Shown: in pieces, positions 10,278-19,059 of the stretch
Layout of the letters: each line of letters begins with the position of its first letter
Numbering within the stretch: position 1 is the stretch's first letter
The notes under the pieces: model-generated
Databases searched by the model: none
Seen by the model: the letters and a program-made list of their open reading frames with translations, nothing else
Told to the model about the DNA's origin: nothing
Program-made: the position numbers and the translations under genes
From: a bacterium
GTDB lineage: Bacteria > Patescibacteriota > Microgenomatia > Curtissbacterales > GWA2-41-24
Assembly (NCBI GenBank): GCA_021813945.1
Contig: JAKAJD010000001.1
Span: 73,744-137,743 of the forward strand
DNA: 64,000 nt
Reading direction: 5' to 3'

Positions 10278-11528
10278 ATGAAGGCGCTTTTATTATCCGA
10301 TTATTTTTATCCGTTTACACCAGGTGGTAGTGAATGGAGTGTCTATGAGCTTGCCAAAGCTCTGCAAAAAAACAAAGCTGAGGTTTCGATCGTAACTATA
10401 AATTACGGCTCAAAAAAACTAGAGATATTTGACTCCTTAAAAATTTTTAGAATTCCTTTTTTTAAAAAATTGAAGGAAAGAAGAAGTGTTGTAAACCCGA
10501 TATGGCAAAACAATCCACTTTTCTTTTTGGCTTCGGCCTACTTTATCACTAGAATTGTGCAATCAGAGAAAGCGGATGTTATTAATGTTCATGGGAAGTT
10601 TTTAATCCCTGGCGGGATAATCGCTGGTTGGCTTACAAAAAAACCAGTGATTGTTACGATACGCGACAAACAGCTATTATGTTCAATCGGAAAATGTTTC
10701 TTTGATCCCAAAAGGTATAAAGCCTGCAATTTTTGGGAATACTTGACCTTGGATTTTCCCTGGTTTATTCAAAATTATACTAACAGAAATGTATTTATTT
10801 CAGTATACGTTCTTTGTGGTGTAATATGGTCAAAACTTGCCGGAGAGATAATTAAATTTTTTGCAAAAAAAGCGAGCATTATAACAACAATAAGCAATTC
10901 TCAAAAAAAATATCTAGAGTCTAACGGTTTTGAAAATGTTGAAGTAATTTACAATACAGCAAATTTCGAAAAACCTAATGTTTCTGTTTCCAAGTCTAAA
11001 GCTGTTTTATTTGTTGGGAAGCTTTCGAAAGGGAAAGGAATAGAGTTGCTACTTGATGCAGCTGAAAAACTGCTCAAAAAAAACAAAATTAAATTCATAT
11101 TCGCAGGTTCAGTGCAATCATCAAAGATAAAAAAACGGCTTGAGGAAAGACAACTTAAACCTCACATAGAACTATTGGGGGGGGTAAATTACCGCAATTT
11201 ACCCTCTATTTACAAACGATCTTCTGTCCTTGTTATGCCATCTATTTATCCCGAATCGTTTGGCAGGTCTGCTCTTGAGGCACTTTCTTATGGTACGCCG
11301 GTAGTTGTCACAAATACTGGTGCATTACCGGAAATAGTTGATGACAAGATAACAGGCCGCATTGTAAAAACCGACCCAAAAAGCTTAAAAGAAGCATTAT
11401 TGGATGTGATGAAAAACGAGAATCGCTACAGATCGAATATTGCCACACGCTATAAAAAGCTCAAAAGAAGGTTTATGGAAAATCCTGTTAAAGAATATAT
11501 AAGTGTATACAATAGCCAAATAAAATGA
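10278..11528 (+). CDS. GT-B fold glycosyltransferase (GT4 family)
   Basis: PESFGRSALEALSYGTPVVV motif. The ORF track begins at TTG 10254; the first ATG (MKALLLSDYFYP, a typical GT4 N-terminus) is at 10278. Confidence 0.75.
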   Translation: MKALLLSDYFYPFTPGGSEWSVYELAKALQKNKAEVSIVTINYGSKKLEIFDSLKIFRIPFFKKLKERRSVVNPIWQNNPLFFLASAYFITRIVQSEKADVINVHGKFLIPGGIIAGWLTKKPVIVTIRDKQLLCSIGKCFFDPKRYKACNFWEYLTLDFPWFIQNYTNRNVFISVYVLCGVIWSKLAGEIIKFFAKKASIITTISNSQKKYLESNGFENVEVIYNTANFEKPNVSVSKSKAVLFVGKLSKGKGIELLLDAAEKLLKKNKIKFIFAGSVQSSKIKKRLEERQLKPHIELLGGVNYRNLPSIYKRSSVLVMPSIYPESFGRSALEALSYGTPVVVTNTGALPEIVDDKITGRIVKTDPKSLKEALLDVMKNENRYRSNIATRYKKLKRRFMENPVKEYISVYNSQIK

Positions 11529-12598
11529 ATCTTGGAATATTTCTGGGCATTGGCGAAAGCCTAAAACAAATGGAAAAATCCGGTCAAAAAGATCGGTTCA
11601 TAAGCTTGTATCTTGCGAAATACGCCAAGGATTTTGACAAGGTTTATCTCTTTAGTTATGAAAATGAGTCATGCAGCTTGCCCGCAAATGTCTTCATTGT
11701 CTCAAAGAAGTCATCCATTCACCGCTATCTATACTCGCTTCTTATTCCAATAATCAGTCATAAACAGGTCAACAATTGTGACATTATCCGCGGCTTTGGC
11801 TTAACTAGCGCTGTGCCTGCGCTCCTTACATCAAAACCCTTTATTTTCAATTGGCCATATAACTACATCGAGTTTTTAAAAATCGAAAAGAAATACTTTC
11901 TTATATCAATATATTATGTGCTGGAGAAGATAGCGTTTATGAGAGCAAAAATCGTTTTAGTTGCCACAAAGCAAAAGCTTAACAATCTAACTGGAGACAA
12001 GTTTATTTATTTACCAAATGGGGTTGATTTAGCTGTATTTAAAAGCAAGGGCACATTAGGGAAAGGGATAGTATTTATTGGTCGTCTGGAAAAGCAGAAA
12101 AATCTTATTTTTTTATTAGATGCGGTTTCAAAACTTCCCAGAAAGCTAAGGTTAATAACCTTCTTTGGTTCTGGATCACAAGAGCCAATCCTTAAAGAAT
12201 ATGCAATCCTAAAAAAAGTATCTCTTAATATTCAATCCCCTGTTAACAATGTAGAGTTACCAAGAGTACTCCGAAAATTCTCGATTTTCGCATTACCTTC
12301 TCTTGCTGAAGGTAATCCTAAAGTTCTTTTAGAAGCAATGGCAACGGGCTTGGTTCCGGTAGTGACAAATTTTATTACTGCAAGGGAAGTTGTTAAAAAT
12401 TCTCAAAACGGTTTTATCACAAATTACGAAACCATCGAGTTTTCGAATAAGTTAAAAATGTTATCTGAAAATAGTGAGCTTGGGAAGAAAATGTCCAGAA
12501 ACGCTGTCCGCACAATTTCTGAAAACTTTAACATAGATAAACTTATAGCCAAAGAAGTATCCCTGATAAAAGACGCTGCCTTGGCTAAAATAATATAA
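11525..12598 (+). CDS. GT-B fold glycosyltransferase (GT4-like)
   Basis: AEGNPKVLLEAMATGLVPVV motif. ATGA overlap with the upstream gene. Confidence 0.7.
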   Translation: MNLGIFLGIGESLKQMEKSGQKDRFISLYLAKYAKDFDKVYLFSYENESCSLPANVFIVSKKSSIHRYLYSLLIPIISHKQVNNCDIIRGFGLTSAVPALLTSKPFIFNWPYNYIEFLKIEKKYFLISIYYVLEKIAFMRAKIVLVATKQKLNNLTGDKFIYLPNGVDLAVFKSKGTLGKGIVFIGRLEKQKNLIFLLDAVSKLPRKLRLITFFGSGSQEPILKEYAILKKVSLNIQSPVNNVELPRVLRKFSIFALPSLAEGNPKVLLEAMATGLVPVVTNFITAREVVKNSQNGFITNYETIEFSNKLKMLSENSELGKKMSRNAVRTISENFNIDKLIAKEVSLIKDAALAKII

Positions 12599-12600
12599 TA

Positions 12601-12612
12601 TGCCCTAGGGCA
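12601..12612. repeat. perfect 12-bp palindrome TGCCCTAGGGCA followed by a T-rich tract, 3 nt after the stop of the GT4 gene
   Basis: Read directly. Followed by ACCCATATTTTTGTTT. Could be a weak terminator hairpin or a protein-binding site. Confidence 0.35.
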
Positions 12613-12640
12613 ACCCATATTTTTGTTTCAGCAAATTACT

Positions 12641-12669
12641 TTCACCTCGGATATATAAACTTATATAAT
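12641..12669 (+). promoter_or_regulatory. weak sigma70-like promoter TTCACC-N17-TATAAT, leaderless-like
   Basis: TATAAT at 12664-12669 lies only 7 nt upstream of ATG 12677. Poor -35 (TTCACC at 12641-12646). Confidence 0.3.
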
Positions 12670-12676
12670 TAACTTC

Positions 12677-13537
12677 ATGTATTCAAATCTTTCAGACATA
12701 GAAAAGAAATTGACTGCTCACGTGTCAAAAACATTAGCACTATATACAAAAAGGAGTCCGAGGGAAACAGCTAGCGCCCTTCTTTCCTGGAAAAGAGCAC
12801 AAGATCTTTACGACGAGATGGTAAGCTCTATTGGTCCGTTAAAAGGTAAGAGGCTTCTGGAGATAGGTTGCGGTTATGGCTTGTTTTTAACCATATGTCT
12901 AAATAACGGTGTGAAGGCGGAAGGTATTGAACCGGCAAGCCAAGAATTTTATAAGTTTACATTTAATATTGGCAAAGAAATATTAAAAAGGTCCAGACAC
13001 TCAAAGAGATTAATTAAGAATTCCTGCGGAGAAAAGTTACCGTACAAAAATAGTACATTCAACGCTGTTGTTTCGCTCTATACACTTGAGCACGTTCAAA
13101 ATGTAGAAAAGGTTTTATCTGAGTGTTCTAGAGTTCTTAAAAAAGGTGGTTATTTGTATATCGTGGTTCCAAACTACGGTTCTTTTTGGGAAGGGCATTA
13201 TGGTATACCCTGGATACCTTATCTGCCTAAAAGCATGGCAAGGCTTTATGTAAGATTATATGGAAAGCTACCAAATGCAATTGATGAACTACAATTTGTC
13301 AACCAAATTACTTTAGAGAAAATTTTAAAAAGTAAGCCCGTAAAAGTTAAAACATGGGGGGCAGCCTCTTTTGTAAAACAAGTCCAAGACACCTCTTTAT
13401 CCGGCGGAACTCTTGGCTCTGCAAAAAGAATCCTAGATATTCTTAGGTATTTAGGGATCTTAAAATTTACTGCCCATATGGCTTGCTTTGTGAAAGCTCA
13501 AACACCTATCATTTTGGTTGCCGAAAAAGTATCTTGA
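12677..13537 (+). CDS. class I SAM-dependent methyltransferase
   Basis: Motif I LLEIGCGYGLF. Motif post-II VVSLYTLEHV. Confidence 0.7.
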   Translation: MYSNLSDIEKKLTAHVSKTLALYTKRSPRETASALLSWKRAQDLYDEMVSSIGPLKGKRLLEIGCGYGLFLTICLNNGVKAEGIEPASQEFYKFTFNIGKEILKRSRHSKRLIKNSCGEKLPYKNSTFNAVVSLYTLEHVQNVEKVLSECSRVLKKGGYLYIVVPNYGSFWEGHYGIPWIPYLPKSMARLYVRLYGKLPNAIDELQFVNQITLEKILKSKPVKVKTWGAASFVKQVQDTSLSGGTLGSAKRILDILRYLGILKFTAHMACFVKAQTPIILVAEKVS

Positions 13538-13540
13538 GAA

Positions 13541-14602
13541 ATGACGCTAAACGAGAAGACAAAATCGGTAATATATTTTGGTTCATACGATCCAAATTAC
13601 TCAAGAAACAGAATAATCAGAAAAGGACTAGAGGCGAATGGGGTCAAAGTTTTTACAAATCAAGCCAAAGGTATTATATTCATCCGATATTTTAAGCTTG
13701 TTTTATCCTTCCTCAAAGTGCAAACGAAAATCACTGCAATTATTGTTGGTTTCCCAGGACATTACGATATGCCACTCGCTTTTATACTTGGCAAAATTTT
13801 CAAAAAAAGAGTCTTTTATGATATTTTCGCCTCTACTTACGAGACATACGTTTTAGATCGAAAAGTCGTAAAGGAAAAGTCTTTAAGAGCAAAGTTTTTT
13901 TATTTGCTTGATTGGGTAGGCTTAAAACTAGCAGACTATGTTGTTGTCGACACAAAAGCACATGGCAGATTTTATCAAAAATTATATGGCGTTGATTTCA
14001 AAAAAACAATTCTTGTATATGTCGGTTCAGACACAGACTATTTTTATCCCAGGAAAACCAAAGAAACGACTGATGTACTTTTTTATGGGAGTTATCAACC
14101 CCTGCAAGGAACAGATGTTATCATCAAAGCAGCCGCAATTCTCCCTAACGTAAAATTTAAGATGATAGGAGAGGGACAGGAAAAAGCATTAGCAGAGTCG
14201 TTAGCAAAAAATTTAAAGCTCAAAAATGTTGATTTTGTTGACTGGTTATCATTAAAAAATTTAGCTGTCGAAATACGCAGAGCCAAAATATGCCTCGGAA
14301 TTTTTGGAAACTCCCAAAAAGCCAAAACCGTTATCCCTAACAAAGTTTACGATTATTTAGCTACGGGAAAACCCGTTATCACTGTAGATTCAGTTGCTTC
14401 TAGGGAAATTTTAAAAAATCAAGAAACAGGCACTCTCGTCAAACCTGGAGAAGACGTTGAGCTTGCAAAGCAAATTAACAGATTGATACAAGACTTTAAA
14501 CACGCGAAAATAGCTGCCGCTAAAGGGTATAAACTTTTCACTGAAAAATTCAGGCCAATTTTAGTAACAAGAAATTTAACATCTAAAATTTATGAAGAAT
14601 AA
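13541..14602 (+). CDS. GT-B fold glycosyltransferase (GT4-like, divergent)
   Basis: N-terminal domain VIYFGSYDPNYSRNRI. C-terminal nucleotide-sugar-binding-like segment KVYDYLATGKPVITVDS. Confidence 0.55.
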   Translation: MTLNEKTKSVIYFGSYDPNYSRNRIIRKGLEANGVKVFTNQAKGIIFIRYFKLVLSFLKVQTKITAIIVGFPGHYDMPLAFILGKIFKKRVFYDIFASTYETYVLDRKVVKEKSLRAKFFYLLDWVGLKLADYVVVDTKAHGRFYQKLYGVDFKKTILVYVGSDTDYFYPRKTKETTDVLFYGSYQPLQGTDVIIKAAAILPNVKFKMIGEGQEKALAESLAKNLKLKNVDFVDWLSLKNLAVEIRRAKICLGIFGNSQKAKTVIPNKVYDYLATGKPVITVDSVASREILKNQETGTLVKPGEDVELAKQINRLIQDFKHAKIAAAKGYKLFTEKFRPILVTRNLTSKIYEE

Positions 14603-16046
14603 ATTTTACTGCCTGGTTGCTTTTTCGGTTCTAATAGTTGCTCATATTTTTTTGCTACTAAAAAGCAGTCTATATATCACACCAGAATTAATCTTCCCAG
14701 TGTGGGTTACGTCAAATGCAAAAGTTTTTGTATCAGAGATCCAATCAGTATATCCACCGAGCCTGTTCTATATTGTCAGTTTATTGTATCGATATTCTAA
14801 TAACCTTTTCTTTTCTGTGAACGTTATTCAGCTCTTATTTATTTTAACGATTGATGGCTTGCTATTTAACTATTTAGTAAGAAAATTTAATTTTAAACTT
14901 GCGATTCTGGGTCTTGCATTTTATATCCCCTGGCAAGTTTATTTTAGGGGTAATTATTTATGGTTTGATTTGGCTACAATACCATTCGTTTTATTATCTT
15001 TTCTGTTTTTCGAAAAATACCTAGATCATTATGAAATTAATCAGCTTGCATCTTCCTCTGCGTTTCTTGCACTGGGACTATTATTCAAAAATACAGTTTT
15101 ATGGATTTATATATTATATTTCGTATGGCTTTCTAGTCTCGCGATTACGAAATCAGTTAAATTAAGGTCGTACATTAAGACTTTAATAATCTTATTAATT
15201 CCACTTGTAACTGCCATTGGCATAAATTTTTTAACTGTTCTCGAAAAAACCACTTTTGAATTTGCTTTTTATTGGAATTTTTTAATTCAAAACATAATTT
15301 ATCCTAGAATGCCTACTCTGCAAAGAAGCATAGAAAGTAACTATGCCTTGCCAATGGTTATTATTCTGTCGATAATTATCATTTCGTGTTTAGTTATAGA
15401 AAAATATTCTAAACTGAAAAATGATCAAAAATTATTCATCTATTCATTTTCGTTTGTTTCTCTTGCCAATATATATCCGCGGTGGAGCGATTTTCATGTT
15501 CAACCATTTTTAGTCTTTTTAACAATAGCGGTGATTTATGCAATCTCTTTACTAGACAAACTAACAAAATTTCATAAAAAAACTTTGACACTTATTGGCT
15601 TCGTTATTCTAACGTTGACTGTTTTAATATTTGTCAAAAGAATTAGTGCTGAAAGGACAAATATTAACGTCAACAGAATAGATTATATTTCTGAATACGC
15701 TCCTACAACATTAACAAGCTTAATTAAAGGAAAAGATATTTTCGTAGAAGACTTTTCGCTATACAATGGTGTCAGTACAAATCAAGACATAGACGCATCC
15801 GGGGGCCAAACGTTTAAGCTTGCCATAACTAGCCCAGATAAATTTTTCAAGTTCACAAGTGCACAAGAAACGTTTAATTTTGTTTCAAAAAAAAACCCTC
15901 AGCTTATTATTATTCCTATGCAAGTTCAAGAAAGAGAAATATCAGGAATAAATCTAACCAGCTTTGAAAAATTAATAAAAGACAAATATCGTCTGCAAGC
16001 AAATGTAGCAGGAGTTTACTTTATATACAACCGTGAAACAAATTAA
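14592..16046 (+). CDS. polytopic membrane protein, DUF2029/GT87-like putative GT-C
   Basis: About 10 TM helices. YPP motif after the first helices (EIQSVYPPSLFYIVSLL), shared with 31668-33011 and 45159-46568. Soluble C-terminal ~130 aa. Confidence 0.4.
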   Translation: MKNKFYCLVAFSVLIVAHIFLLLKSSLYITPELIFPVWVTSNAKVFVSEIQSVYPPSLFYIVSLLYRYSNNLFFSVNVIQLLFILTIDGLLFNYLVRKFNFKLAILGLAFYIPWQVYFRGNYLWFDLATIPFVLLSFLFFEKYLDHYEINQLASSSAFLALGLLFKNTVLWIYILYFVWLSSLAITKSVKLRSYIKTLIILLIPLVTAIGINFLTVLEKTTFEFAFYWNFLIQNIIYPRMPTLQRSIESNYALPMVIILSIIIISCLVIEKYSKLKNDQKLFIYSFSFVSLANIYPRWSDFHVQPFLVFLTIAVIYAISLLDKLTKFHKKTLTLIGFVILTLTVLIFVKRISAERTNINVNRIDYISEYAPTTLTSLIKGKDIFVEDFSLYNGVSTNQDIDASGGQTFKLAITSPDKFFKFTSAQETFNFVSKKNPQLIIIPMQVQEREISGINLTSFEKLIKDKYRLQANVAGVYFIYNRETN

Positions 16047-16047
16047 A

Positions 16048-17055
16048 TTAGTAACGAGTCTTTACAGTGTCAACTAGCCTTCTGGCAGTTAATACGCAAG
16101 TGTTAAGCTTTGCAGAAAGTATGGCAAAATACCCGTTTCCATAGTCGATTAAGTCGGTAATTCTTTCGTCCGAGAGCTCGACATCTGGTCGAAGTACTTT
16201 TATAACTCTCAAAGTATCTATTAACTTTGCATTTTTCATCGATGGGATGTATGTCGAATCTTTGTAGTTAGCAGTTTTATCAGAATGGTTTAAAGGGGGA
16301 TATTTTGAAACAGATCTAACTGCCGAGCTTTCAACGTTCCAAAGGAGATGGTATGGAGTTTTACTATAAGGGAGTATTGAATAAAAATTACCATCCATGA
16401 TAGTGACGCCAATCCCGGATAGTTCTTTTGGCAGATTTAAAACTGGAACATTGCATATGTCGTATCGGTATTTTTTAACCGGTAAATTTAGTATTTGGTT
16501 GATTCGATTTAAACTTGAATAGGTGGCATTTACAATTATCTGAAATTTATTCTTATCTTCAATTTGAAATTGCCTGTTTAAAAATACCTTAACCTTTGTT
16601 TTTTTCAATAAGCGTTTTGCAATCAGCTTCATTTTTTCAAGATCTATTATTTGTTCTTTGACGGAAATGCAACCTGAAACTTCTCGAGCATTTAAAATAT
16701 TGTTTGCAGGAAATTTTTCTTCGTGTGGTAAATTTAGCTTTTCGCAAAACTTTATGTATTGCTCAAAACTTACCCTGGAACCGTTTTTACTTATTGCATA
16801 ATAATTTTCTTTAACATCAATTAATGCTTCATCAAAATATTCTTTGAAACTTGGAATTCCCTCCTGACACTGTTTGGCTGTAGCAAGACTGCGAGGATAA
16901 TGATAGCCAAGATGAAACCTATTTTGATTCACGTTTGTTGCCCCCAACATCAAATCTTGATTCTGCTCGATGAGGGTTGTATCAACATTTGCTTTGGCCA
17001 GTTCGATGGCGGTTGTAACCCCGAAAATACCACCACCAACAACGAGAGCTTTCAT
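16048..17055 (-). CDS. FAD-dependent oxidoreductase (DAO-like)
   Basis: N-terminal dinucleotide-binding motif MKALVVGGGIFGVTTAIELA. 335 aa. Confidence 0.6.
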   Translation of the reverse strand: MKALVVGGGIFGVTTAIELAKANVDTTLIEQNQDLMLGATNVNQNRFHLGYHYPRSLATAKQCQEGIPSFKEYFDEALIDVKENYYAISKNGSRVSFEQYIKFCEKLNLPHEEKFPANNILNAREVSGCISVKEQIIDLEKMKLIAKRLLKKTKVKVFLNRQFQIEDKNKFQIIVNATYSSLNRINQILNLPVKKYRYDICNVPVLNLPKELSGIGVTIMDGNFYSILPYSKTPYHLLWNVESSAVRSVSKYPPLNHSDKTANYKDSTYIPSMKNAKLIDTLRVIKVLRPDVELSDERITDLIDYGNGYFAILSAKLNTCVLTARRLVDTVKTRY

Positions 17056-17056
17056 A

Positions 17057-18055
17057 TCAAATATTGAGGTATTTTAACAGGGCCTGAAATCTCTTTAAAT
17101 AGGTATGATCCATTTTGGTCCTTCTCCAGCCAGCCCCGGCAATTTTTTCTCTTGCGAAGTCATTTTTTAGATAAAATTTCGTTTTTTCTATTAATTCCTT
17201 GCTGTTTTCAAAAACTTCAATTTCCTTGCCAGGGTCAAAAAGATTGTAAAGACTTTTTCTTTTGTTGGCCAACAAAAAACCTCCAGCACCTGTCACCTCG
17301 AAAGTTCTAACATTAGTTCCCTCGCTGTAAATATTTTCTACAACGTGGACATTTAGATTAATCTTGGTGACACGAATTATTTTTATCATTTCTTCTACTG
17401 TTATTGGACCACCCTGATAACACTTTGAAAGTGTTGAGTTACGCCATTGTTTACCACCCCATATTTTGAGTCCATATTTTGCAACAGGGGCAATCTTGGC
17501 CTCTCTGTGGGCTTGCCAATTAGCTATAAAGTTAATATTGTACCTTTTATTATTCGGGGCAGCCTTTTGCTCTGGCATTGTACAAAACGGTAAATACAAC
17601 ACATTTCTAAACCCGTTTTTGTGATAAATTTTTGTGCGCCACGCATCCCAATAGACAAAACAATCGTAAGCTTTTATAAAATCAGAATTTTTTCCACTAT
17701 TTGGCAAATGATCAGGATACCAATTGACTGCTAGGATACCCAGCTTTTTAAGTCTTAAAACTGTGTCGAGAAGAATAATTTCGCCTTTAAACGTCATAAA
17801 TAAATCCGGTTTCCACGATTTTGCAACTCTCAAAATCTCACTGTTTGCAATAACCCTTTTTATACTTGGGCGGTCATGACAGGTTAGCTCATCAGTGATC
17901 CTTTTTGGCAAGCGAAAGTAGTTTTTAGCAGCTGCCACAATATCAGTCTTGCGGTAGTCAATATTTCTGACTTCCCAACCAAGCTGCTTAAATGTTAAAA
18001 GCGATGGTTTTAGAAAAGATGAATCGCCTGGGATTGCAAGAAGTATTTTCTTCAT
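17057..18055 (-). CDS. CgeB-like glycosyltransferase (DUF3880 + Glyco_trans_1_2-like C-terminus)
   Basis: C-terminal RTFEVTGAGGFLLANKRKSLYNLFDPGKEIEVFENSKELIEKTKFYLKNDFAREKIAGAG matches the CgeB/Glyco_trans_1_2 pattern. The track start (TTG 18172) overlaps the divergent gene; the first ATG (MKKILLAIPGD) is at 18055. Confidence 0.5.
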   Translation of the reverse strand: MKKILLAIPGDSSFLKPSLLTFKQLGWEVRNIDYRKTDIVAAAKNYFRLPKRITDELTCHDRPSIKRVIANSEILRVAKSWKPDLFMTFKGEIILLDTVLRLKKLGILAVNWYPDHLPNSGKNSDFIKAYDCFVYWDAWRTKIYHKNGFRNVLYLPFCTMPEQKAAPNNKRYNINFIANWQAHREAKIAPVAKYGLKIWGGKQWRNSTLSKCYQGGPITVEEMIKIIRVTKINLNVHVVENIYSEGTNVRTFEVTGAGGFLLANKRKSLYNLFDPGKEIEVFENSKELIEKTKFYLKNDFAREKIAGAGWRRTKMDHTYLKRFQALLKYLNI

Positions 18056-18085
18056 TTGCCTAATTATAGTATCTTTACATATAAG
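18056..18085 (+). promoter_or_regulatory. candidate sigma70-like promoter for the formyltransferase gene (TTGCCT-N18-TATAAG)
   Basis: TTGCCT at 18056-18061, 18-nt spacer, TATAAG at 18080-18085, about 23 nt upstream of ATG 18109. The minus strand of the same 53-bp divergent gap carries a TATAAT 7 nt upstream of ATG 18055. Confidence 0.3.
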
Positions 18086-18108
18086 ATATTGTAAAATATC
18101 GAGAATTA

Positions 18109-19044
18109 ATGGCTGTTTATAAAAAGGTTCAGTACCCCGTAAAAATAATTTTTTTAGGTAGTAGACCCGCAAGTGTTAAAGCTCTTGAAATAATAGAGAG
18201 AAAGATTAAGGATCACAAGAAAAACTGGGTTGATGTGACAGTCGTAACTAGTTCAGATGAGCACCCGCCCGAAAGCGTCGTCAAATGGTGGAATGTAGGA
18301 AACCTTGGAAAAGTCGCAAGTAAAATTGGTTTTAAAACACTGGATTCAATATCAGATTTACCGGCTGATCATTTTGATCTTGGTATAAGCTTTTTTTTTA
18401 CAGATATAATCCCAGAAAGAATGATTAATAATAGTTCACGAGGCATCGTTAATATTCATTTTGGTTACCTGCCAACAAATGGTTACTCCAAAAGTAAAGG
18501 GTCACCCCATAAAAAAGGCGAGCCTTATAGCAGGGGAACATATCGCGGAAGCAATGTGCTAAGTCATGCAATAATCAATAATGAAAAATGGCAAGCAGTG
18601 ACACTTCACTTTATAAGCAAAATAATAGATTTGGGGCCTGTTATAGAGCAAGTGTGGAATCCAATCACGAGCAAAACAACTGCATGGGATTTACAGAAGT
18701 TAAGTGAGGACAAAGCTATAAGTCTTTTAGATAAATACTTTTCTCAATTGGTAGACAATCCAGAGAAAATTAAGACCCTTAAACCCGAGCTGTCAAAATA
18801 TCCGTACTATAATAGATCATTATTGCAGGATGCAAAAATATTGCCTCATAACATTTCAAAAGAAAAATTGAACTTATTTGCTAGAGCAATGTCGTTCCCA
18901 AACACAGAACCACCATATTTTTTGGACAAGAACAGTAAAGGTGAGATAAAAAAAAGCTACGTGATATATAAAAAAAACGAGGGAGTAATTATAATGGAGC
19001 CAACACAAAAAAAATTCATCCAAAAAATTGAAGACATAACATGA
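18109..19044 (+). CDS. sugar/THF N-formyltransferase (Fmt/ArnA-N-like) with catalytic-loop insertion and C-terminal extension
   Basis: N-terminus KIIFLGS. The formyl-transferase catalytic segment is split: NIHFGYLP [22-aa insert TNGYSKSKGSPHKKGEPYSRGT] YRGSNVLSHAIINNE. Then GVTLHF...IDLGPVIEQ (catalytic Asp). About 110 extra aa at the C-terminus. Confidence 0.65.
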   Translation: MAVYKKVQYPVKIIFLGSRPASVKALEIIERKIKDHKKNWVDVTVVTSSDEHPPESVVKWWNVGNLGKVASKIGFKTLDSISDLPADHFDLGISFFFTDIIPERMINNSSRGIVNIHFGYLPTNGYSKSKGSPHKKGEPYSRGTYRGSNVLSHAIINNEKWQAVTLHFISKIIDLGPVIEQVWNPITSKTTAWDLQKLSEDKAISLLDKYFSQLVDNPEKIKTLKPELSKYPYYNRSLLQDAKILPHNISKEKLNLFARAMSFPNTEPPYFLDKNSKGEIKKSYVIYKKNEGVIIMEPTQKKFIQKIEDIT

Positions 19045-19059
19045 AACTATATAAAATAT

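Noticed and set aside
13483-13856. Two small plus-strand ORFs (13483-13695 and 13638-13856) near the methyltransferase/GT junction
   Set aside because: They sit out of frame inside the GT-B gene 13541-14602, which has coherent N- and C-terminal GT-B features.
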